DNA of 58,354 nucleotides, filler included, from Dugesia japonica (Eukaryota): the NCBI GenBank assembly GCA_001938525.1. It is 5 parts of 5 records of this genome, joined end to end, with 100 filler letters (N's around TTAATTAATTAA, not from the genome) between each part and the next. Parts side by side here need not be neighbours in the genome. Positions count along the whole stretch, not along the records: positions 43,726 to 58,354 come from MQRL01586641.1; 4 more parts are not named here. The stretch is one strand, 5' to 3'. Shown here one piece after another: positions 50,029 to 58,354 of the stretch. A model generated the notes under the pieces. It worked only from the letters and a program-made list of their open reading frames with translations, made no database searches and was not told the DNA's origin. Position 1 is the stretch's first letter. The number at the start of each line of letters is the position of its first letter. A program made the translations under genes and the position numbers.

Positions 50029-50149
50029 GAATGCGAGTCTGTACTCTAACTACAGGTTGAGAGTCTACGGCTCCATTCCAAAAATCTAGTTTTCGAGATA
50101 ATAGAAAAAATTCTTCGCGGGGTTTTATTAGGCCAGATCACCCTAGAAA

Positions 50150-50560
50150 CATTTTAATTTTAACCCATCTTGATGGAACTCCAACAATATATTCAAAATT
50201 CTTTATAGAAAAAAGGTTGAACCATTCAGATTTTCGTTGTTAGATAATGTTAAAAGTGTAACATTTAATAAAATCCTAACAACAAAAAAGCACTTTGATT
50301 AGTCAAACAAAAGTATTTACGGGTCGATTTCATTGTAATTCAAGGAGCTGTTGAATTCATTGCACCTAAAAAACTGAAAATATTGAACTATCATCAGCAA
50401 ATTTTTATCTATAGTAGCATTATTGAACCTGTTATTGTTAGTGATGTTATTGTTCCGTCGTTAAAATCTATATGGTGGGAAAAGTATGAAAATGATCGAG
50501 TGGTACAAATAATTGTTGAAAATCAAATATATTTACCAATTTCAACATCGTGTATAATAA
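50150..50560 (+). pseudogene. Polinton minor capsid protein fragment, copy 2
   Basis: HQQIFIYSSIIEPVIVSDVIVPSLKSIW...IYLPISTS; homologous to 39400-39750. Confidence 0.8.
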
Positions 50561-50618
50561 ATCAACAATATCAGGTATAAACAAACGAATAAAAGGTTAA
50601 AAAAACTATAATTGAAAA

Positions 50619-51823
50619 ATGATTTGTAGAAAAACTGAACTATGTAATTTGGATAGTCCACCTCCTTAAGTTGTTATTGAGTATGGTTCATTTGAAGATG
50701 TGTTTTCAATGAATTCGATTTCCGAAATGAGAAATAATGTAATTTTTTTATAGATGGATCGCAAACTGATTATCTAGATTTAAATGATACTCTATTATAT
50801 GTACACGTAAAAGTTGTCGATAATTTTGGAAAAGACTTTGATGAAAAGACTGATGTAATACCAAGAAACTTTGTGTTTCATACTTTGCTTAAAGATGTTA
50901 TCCTGTCACTCAACAATACCAAAATCGAAAGGGAAATTTACCCAAAGCAATGATTGAAATTGTTTTGAATTATAATGGAGATAGTAAGAACATTTGCCTT
51001 GCAGAAATTGGTTATGGCAATAAATTGGAAAGACGAAAATCAATTAAATTATCAAAGCCATTGTCTCTATGTGATTATTTGCAATTGAATTTCACGGATC
51101 AACCAAAATATCTTATTCCAGGTGTTAATGTTCACATTCGAATGAAGAGAGAATCCAATAAAATGAGTTTGGAAACTGCAACTGAGGAACGTAAATTCGT
51201 ATTGCTTGATGCCAAATTCATGGGTAGAATAGATCGAGTTGAATCATTGGTACCAATAAGTCATCAAATTGGATTAAAGAAGCAAAATGCAGTATATTCA
51301 ATAAGAACGAAAGAAATTGTCACTTATGCTATCAGTAAAAATAGTGCAACGTTTTATAAGGAGCAAATCTATGAAGATTGTCTATTTCACAACTTTTTGT
51401 TGGTAACATTTCAAAGCAGAGATGGATATAATAGACACTTTAAAACATCAAGCTCAAATTTTGATCATGTAAATTTTAAATCAATAACTCTATTGAAAAT
51501 CAGTGATGATCAAGAGAAATATACTCAAGACTTTGAAAATGATAATTATAGCACATCATGCTTGAGATCAGTAATTAAAAATATGGAATATCTAAAAAAG
51601 AATATAAATTGTGGAATAACAGTTGAGATTAAAAACGAATATCCAATATTTACATTTGTACTTGCTCCGGATTTCGATATTAATCAGNGTTAATTGCTTC
51701 AACAAAGAAATATTAGATAGATATCAATTTTGAAAATGATTTGACTTTCCAGTATATGTAATAATTTATGGAGTATTTGAAAATGAAATTCAAATTACAT
51801 CAATCAAAGCAATACTAATGTAA
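50619..51823 (+). pseudogene. Polinton major capsid protein, copy 2
   Basis: Collinear with 37630-38948 from MIC.KTEL to AILM*; includes ORF 50950-51693; stops and frameshifts. Confidence 0.9.
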
Positions 51824-51897
51824 ACAATCTCAATATTATAAAATTGTTATCCAAAATGAAGTATGTTTTGGTTATGTCTTTGATATTACTTTATTAG

Positions 51898-52190
51898 TTT
51901 CTCGGTGTAAATCCATTGGTCAAGCTTCCATTTATCCTATTAATAAAGCTATGATTGTCAATACTCAATCGTCAAATCTCGGTGGGGAACATTGGTAAGC
52001 AGTATACTATATACCATCAAATATACTAGATTTCGTTGCATTTGAATTTAATAATCCACTAATATTGGTTTTGCATCTATTAAGATTATCAAAATCAATT
52101 ATGTACAACAAAATTTGATATTAACTATGGTTTACAAAAAGTTGTGGACAAGATTGCTTATTGCGGTTGAAATCTCAACATTGTAATGTG
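51898..52190 (+). pseudogene. Adenain-like protease, copy 2
   Basis: FLGVNPLVKLP, IVNTQSSNLGGEHW*AVY and FTKSCGQDCL. Confidence 0.85.
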
Positions 52191-52630
52191 TGAAAAGATT
52201 AAAAAAATGTATTTTGAAAATGTGTTTTTTTTATTGATTTTGATATTTTATTGTACTTGTTAAAAAAAATTTTATTATTATCCAGATGAAATACAATAAT
52301 AATAATAACAAAAATAATATTATTTGATTTTTACCAAATTTTAAAATTNNNNNNNNNNNNNNNNNNNNNNNNNNNNNNNNNNNNNNNNNNNNNNNNNNNN
52401 NNNNNNNNNNNNNNNNNNNNNNNNNNNNNNNNTAATGCCAATGTTGTCACGGAGAAGAACTTAGCCTAAATGTCTAAAAATCTTAGTTAATTTGAGCAAA
52501 AATATCTTTTCCATCGAGTTTCTATAAAAACTCATAAAAATCCTCAATTTCACTTAATTTAAATAAAAAATCATTCCTTTCAATTAAAAAACCTGACATT
52601 GGCATACTAATGATTGTCATGGAATAATTC

Positions 52631-52785
52631 TGACCTACATTCATTTGACCTTGACATTTTCTACCATTCAAAAAAATTGGCCTTTAAAATTTCAACCAAT
52701 CAGAATCAATTATACTGTACAATTGACCTTGAAAATTTTCAACCAATCAGTATCGAGTATACTGTACCAGTGACCTTGAAAAAAT
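52631..52785. repeat. 47-bp tandem repeat carrying TGACCTTGA and AACCAATCAG
   Basis: TGACCTTGA at 52646, 52724 and 52771; AACCAATCAG at 52694 and 52741. Confidence 0.75.
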
Positions 52786-52935
52786 TCTTCTCTGCGGGAT
52801 GGTACAGTACATCATTATTTACCTAATGGTTGTTAATCACATGAACATAAAAATCGACTGGAAAAAGATATTCTTGAACTTCTGGGCTATTTAAAAATCT
52901 GGCAATACATCCCGAATGACCTAATATAAAATATA

Positions 52936-53353
52936 CCATATATACTCACATATAAGCCGATCCCCNNNNNNNNNNNNNNNNNAATGTCCAAAATAGATAA
53001 CCCACTTATAAGCCGACATATTAAAAATAAAATTTGGGGAATAATTAATTATGCAACTTTAAATTTAAAAGCAATATCATATTATAACCGCTTCTGTTTA
53101 ATGGCACCAAAACGCATTGTACTGACTTCGATAAGCAAAAAAATAAACTGAGTCAAACAAAGTATTAGTAATTTAATTTATTCTGTATATTAATTGACAA
53201 AATATCAATTAGTAATTGAAACATTTAATTTATTATCAATTAACTATTGAATCATAATTATTTTAATTAAAAGTAGGTTCGTGTATAAGCCGATTCATCA
53301 ACTTTAAAAAAAAATAATCCAAAATTACTCGGCATATACGCGAGTATATACAG
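52936..53353. mobile_element. pogo/Tigger-like MITE
   Basis: TA-flanked imperfect TIRs CCATATATACTCACATATAAGCCGA / TCGGCATATACGCGAGTATATACAG, with internal TATAAGCCGA repeats. Confidence 0.75.
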
Positions 53354-54476
53354 TACTTGCAACAAAATATTCTAAAATTCCAAGTCAAATTTCAATAGCA
53401 ACTTTAAAAATGGAGTTTTATTTCAAATATAACTTAAACAAGGTACATAATTCGAATAAATTTGGAATTTATAAATACTATTTTATTTATAAACAATGGA
53501 TTTGTCCAAAATGCAACGTTATAGGGTAATTAGACAAAAGTCCCCAGAGTCGAAAATTTTTAATATTTCTTGACAGGAGTGAAATATTTAATTTTAGTCC
53601 ATAAAAATTACGATTTAAGGTAGATTTAAGTAAGATAGTAATTATAGAACAACAGAATTTTAATAAATGGAATTTTAAAGCAGGTAAAAATCGAGTTAAA
53701 TAACTTAACAAAAAAAGTGATTAATAAAGTAATCATCATTAATTTGATTGATATCTTATATTCAATCTCATATTTTAAAGAATTTAGTCAACTTATAAAG
53801 GTCAAGATTTATTTCTAAAACGATCTCAAGTCTAACAAGGTTTAAAAGATTACTTCATAATTTATGTTCAGTTAAGGTTTTAATAATTATCTAATTAGTG
53901 AAGTTTTACTATATTATTCAATTTAAAAAATAAATTCTCTCTTAAGATTATACTTTACTCCTATCATAAAATTTTTTAAAAATGTTATCCTAGTTTTAGA
54001 CTCGGAGATCATTTGTCCAACACCCATGTTATACTGTTAGATTTTTTATATCCTTGAAAAGTATAAAATTTTATGTGAGAAATCATCATTAATTTAATAA
54101 AATATTTTCTCATACACATCCAATATGCCAGAAAACAGTAATTCCAATAAAATAGATATAAATTTATTTTCAACACATCTTGTCATTGATATCGAATCTT
54201 ATTAATATTGTCGAAAAAGGAAAGGTAGTTACAATACCAATTAACGAAACAATAAAATTAGAGAAATTAATCGTTGAGAATACAAATCTTTAAATTAGGA
54301 ATGAATTGTAATTTTTAAAACTTAAATATTAATATTTTTACAATTATATTTACTTATTGTATCATATTAGTAAATTCACCAAATAATTAATAATATTAAA
54401 GCAGTTTGATAAAAAGAAAAAGATTAAAGAGATCCCATTAAGTTCTTGACAAAGAAAAAAAAACCATTTATTCATT

Positions 54477-57113
54477 TCAAGGAGCATCATTTCGCAAAAC
54501 GAAGCGTTTAATAGCTTCAAGATCTAAATTTTTATTCCATTCTGATGAATATTTCTGTTTCTTCAAATCAGCTATACTAGCTGATCGGTAATAGTAATAA
54601 GCAACAAGACTAGTGACCATCACAACTAACAAAATAAGAGTCGTCATTACAACAAATTTAACGAAAAACATTCCATCTGTAGAATGATAGTGAAACTCGG
54701 ATTCTATTCGAGAACAGTCTTCATTAGATTCAATTATATTGCTCACTTGATCCTTGATTTTCGAATTCGTCGATATTGATTCTATATGTCGTTCACGTAT
54801 ATCATTGTCAACAAATTTTAATTCAGGTTCAATTTCCTAGATAAAAGAAAATAATATAACAATTACAACAAATAATTTTGTTTTTGTGAATTCTATTTTC
54901 ATTTTATTTTCAAAATTTTAATCTATAAAAAAAGAAATGAAATACTGAAATAACGTAAAATAAACAAAATAAAAGGCTTTTTGAAATAGAAAAGAGAATC
55001 AAGATCAAGAATAAATATTAATGAGATCAAACTTCTACAACAAGGCTTCTTAATCTTTTATACTTCATACACAAAAGTGAATTTATTTTCCTGGTTTCAC
55101 ACTTTTAGACGAAATAATCAAAATAAAATTTACATGTTAGTTTTATCATATCCTAAAATAAAAAAAATGAAAATTTTCAAATTACAATTTTAAAAATTAA
55201 TTTTTTAAAATATATTTATAATTTTTTGTGTAAATAATATTAAGTTATACCTCCCTTTGAGAGGCACACCTCACNNNNNNNNNNNNNNNNNNNNNNNNNN
55301 NNNNNNNNNNNNNNNNNNNNNNNAATTTTTAGAAAGATTTATTATTGATTTAATTAAATTAATTCTACTTCTGATCGCGGAAATAATGTCAGTTATCGCA
55401 CGTGAGTATTTATTGACATTGTGTATTCGTATTTCTTCCTTGATGACTAATCATGATAGGAATAATTTAATGTTTTAAATAAGTTGTTGGGTATTATCAA
55501 ATTTTAAGGAATATAAGTGGATTCAGATTTTAAAATTCTTACTAAAAGCTAACTCAAGTCCTTAATTTTTCAACATAGATTGCTGCGTTTTACAAAGAAT
55601 ACTTTAAAGCCTTTATTAATATCCCAGTCAACATTTTTGGAATAATTAATAATCCACCATTTCGATTGGCTGAAAGCAAAATCATCGAATACTAAAAGAA
55701 AATACTTAAAATTTAATTGAATAATTCTGTTATCTGCCTGAACTATGGTTTATTAAATATGATATTAAATATCATAATTTGGTAGTAGAAGAATTTTTGG
55801 ATTTAAATTGTAAAAAAACATAATTATTAAATTTATATATCAAATGAGCATGAGTATTCAGTTTCTGCTGTATTAGAATATGAGTATTAATTTTTTACAT
55901 TTATTTGTTACCAATAAAAGTCAATTTTCTAACATATTTGTGTGAAAAATACTATTAAGATTTCAATTTTGGACAAAACCTCCAGTAATCAATAGCTCTT
56001 TCAATTTTTGTTGTTTGATTGTAATTAACAAGTTAATACTATTATAATATAATCCGTTTCTATTGACAATGAAAAAAGTTGATTACTAATCATTTTTTTA
56101 TAGAAAAAACCATAATAATTACCTTTCTTTTGCTTAAATTACAATACTTTGAAAATAAAAATGGTCCTGCAAATTATAAATTGATGGCGAATCTTGATTT
56201 TATTTCAAGTTAAATTTAAAATAAAATATTACGTGATTATATTTGACAATAGTGATAATACTAAAATATCCAACAAAAACTTGTTTTTAATTATCTTTGA
56301 GAAGACGGACTTTTCTAAGTTTGTAAAATGATAAATTTTCAATACAGCTAATATTGTACTCGGGTTTTACGCGTGCACTGTACTTTTTTGTGAAATTATG
56401 AATGTTTTTTTGTCTAAAGTTATGCTTTTTATTATAAAATAATGATTAAATGAATTGTTTCTTTTCTTTTACTGTTTGTTTAAATAAAATGTGTGTATAA
56501 AGCACATGCGAATTATGAATTTACATTATGCTTTATTCATCTTATTTTAACTGATATTTAAAATATAGAACCAATTCCATCATTTTATGATATCCATACG
56601 ATATCCATTTTTGGTTAAGTTGCCGTGGAATGTATCTATCGCGTAAAAACATAATTAGATGTAGATAAAAATTAATTTAAATTGGCCATGTCAATACTAT
56701 CAATAATTAAAAAAAAATATAAAATAAGGAAAACGATATTTTGATGGAAGCTTTAAATCTAATGAAATCTCAAATACNNNNNNNNNNNNNNNNNNNNNNN
56801 NNNNNNNNNNNNNNNNNNNNNNNNNNNNNNNNNNNNNNNNNNNNNNNNNNNNNNNNNNATTAATTTTATATTTGATTATATAAATTTTCGAAATCATAAA
56901 CAACTTCATCATAATTTTCGAGATTTGAAAATATTGATTGAACTTCTAAAGATTCGACAGGTTCTATGATTTCCTCAATTTGATTTTGCTCGAAATTTTC
57001 CAGTTCTGATTCGTTAATAGACCTTTCTTTCAAAGAATCACCTTCTAAACTTACAGTTTCATAAGACAATGGATTTATTGATGCTTCGTCTTCTGATCTA
57101 CTTTTTTGAAAAT
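54477..57113 (-). CDS. Partial host gene: single-pass membrane protein with acidic extramembrane region; last exon 54836-54477, probable upstream exon from 57113
   Basis: Both blocks begin after polypyrimidine-CTAG acceptors. The last exon encodes a hydrophobic stretch FVVMTTLILLVVMVTSLVAYYYY followed by basic residues. The upstream exon's donor is uncertain (adjacent N gap). Confidence 0.5.
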
Positions 57114-57625
57114 CTAGAAAATTATAAACACTTAGAGTAAAAAAAAACAATAAATTAAATCAAAAAAATATTCTTCTTTGGAATAGCAGTTTCAATAAAT
57201 AAAACAATTATTGAAACGACAAAAATCGAAAAATGTACCGATTTTATTATTAAGTATTGTCGTGTTTAAAGAATATAAAGCTTTAAAAATTGGTAAAATG
57301 CAATGAAACGGACTTCAAATAAACATTTTCAAAATGCGAAAATCAACATTGTTTTCCTTTTGTACTAGATTGTTCAATTTATTCAGATAAAAAATCGTAA
57401 ATAGTAACGAAATTTGAATTATTACAATTTCAATGGATTTACCGCATTAAATAAATATAAAATATTTACAGTTTATTTTTCGGTTATGATCAATATTTCT
57501 ACAGTCTTCAACAATCAGTTTCTTCTTTTATGGTTTAGGAAGACTCAGTTTTTTAGAATAAACAAGCTCGAATCCTTCTGTATATTAGTAAATGGATGCA
57601 GGTACATGAGGCGAAAATTGTTTTT

Positions 57626-57820
57626 ATGACTTCTATGATATTTCAAAAAATATTTATTTTATGCATTTTTATAAACTTTTTAATGACTTCTATGCAATTT
57701 TCTAATTATTTTCCCATTCTTTTACATAGGAATTTGAAAACTTTATCGACTTCTATGCAATTTCATAAAATATTTAGTGACGTCTATACAATTTCTATAA
57801 ATTTTGTGATACTTCTATNN
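57626..57820. repeat. Degenerate tandem repeat with GACTTCTATGCAATTT core
   Basis: Core recurs at about 57628, 57685, 57749 and 57779; explains ORF 57596-57928. Confidence 0.65.
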
Positions 57821-58354
57821 NNNNNAAAAATTTCGCAAGTGGTCTCATGTACCTGCATCAATCTACTTATATTTTCTTCCCAATTATCACATCAACAAAA
57901 CAGTGCCATATTTTGGTTAATAATTTAATCTTTAATATAGAAGATCTTATTGCATTAATATTTTTCAAAAATATAAAATAAACCGTGAAAAAAAACCCAG
58001 AAAATCCTATTGTGAATTTCGTAAGAATTATTGAGTCTGAAAGTAAAATATTACTTAAATCCTTTTAATAATGAACAACTACTTGGCTGTTATTAAGGCT
58101 CTGAAATTTTTCATTTAAAATTCTCTGGTGCATAAAGTCATTTCCAATGGACGTTCTCTATGTACAACTACCATATTGTGATCAGGAAAGTTACTGTTTG
58201 AACTATAGATTCATTTTCATACAAGGGTATGATGAAAATGGCTTAAATGAGGAGACGTAAACTTTAATATTTTTTACATTGTCAAATTGTACAATTGTCT
58301 ACTGCATTTTATTTTTGTGTAATTCTTTTTAGAAATAAATACATTTTTATAAAA

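Overview
AT-rich eukaryotic (metazoan-type) draft genome sequence, not prokaryotic. The window is not contiguous. Four identical 100-nt artificial linkers (44 N + TTAATTAATTAA + 44 N) split it into five unrelated scaffolds: A 1-8286, B 8387-21292, C 21393-35003, D 35104-43625, E 43726-58354. Host genes are an intact 4-exon PP2A catalytic subunit with 46-75 nt introns, the 3' exons of an ATG4 protease, a partial single-pass membrane protein gene, a small Cys-tailed orphan ORF and a B-box (TRIM-like) pseudogene. Most of the rest is decayed mobile DNA: Ty3/Gypsy, mariner, maT-like, pogo-like MITE, hAT, MULE, Helitron, Penelope-like and a possible R2-superfamily element. The dominant accessory system is one family of Polinton/Maverick (adintovirus-type) endogenous viruses, with fragments in scaffolds B, D and E. 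Together these supply pPolB (with an inserted endonuclease-VII finger), integrase, packaging ATPase, major and minor capsid, adenain protease and core proteins. The most interesting observations are: (1) a dispersed repeat carrying minimal type-I hammerhead ribozyme motifs with covarying stems; (2) an intact spliced 68-aa mini-gene, plus a conserved 37-38 nt intron-like segment, inside the Polinton region; (3) two Polinton-like termini abutting in inverted orientation at about 40.57 kb, suggesting a tandem or circle junction; (4) arrays of host transcription-factor-like sites (T-box, E2F, NR5A/ERR, CCAAT) in terminus-like regions. All calls come from manual translation and motif recognition; no database searches were run.
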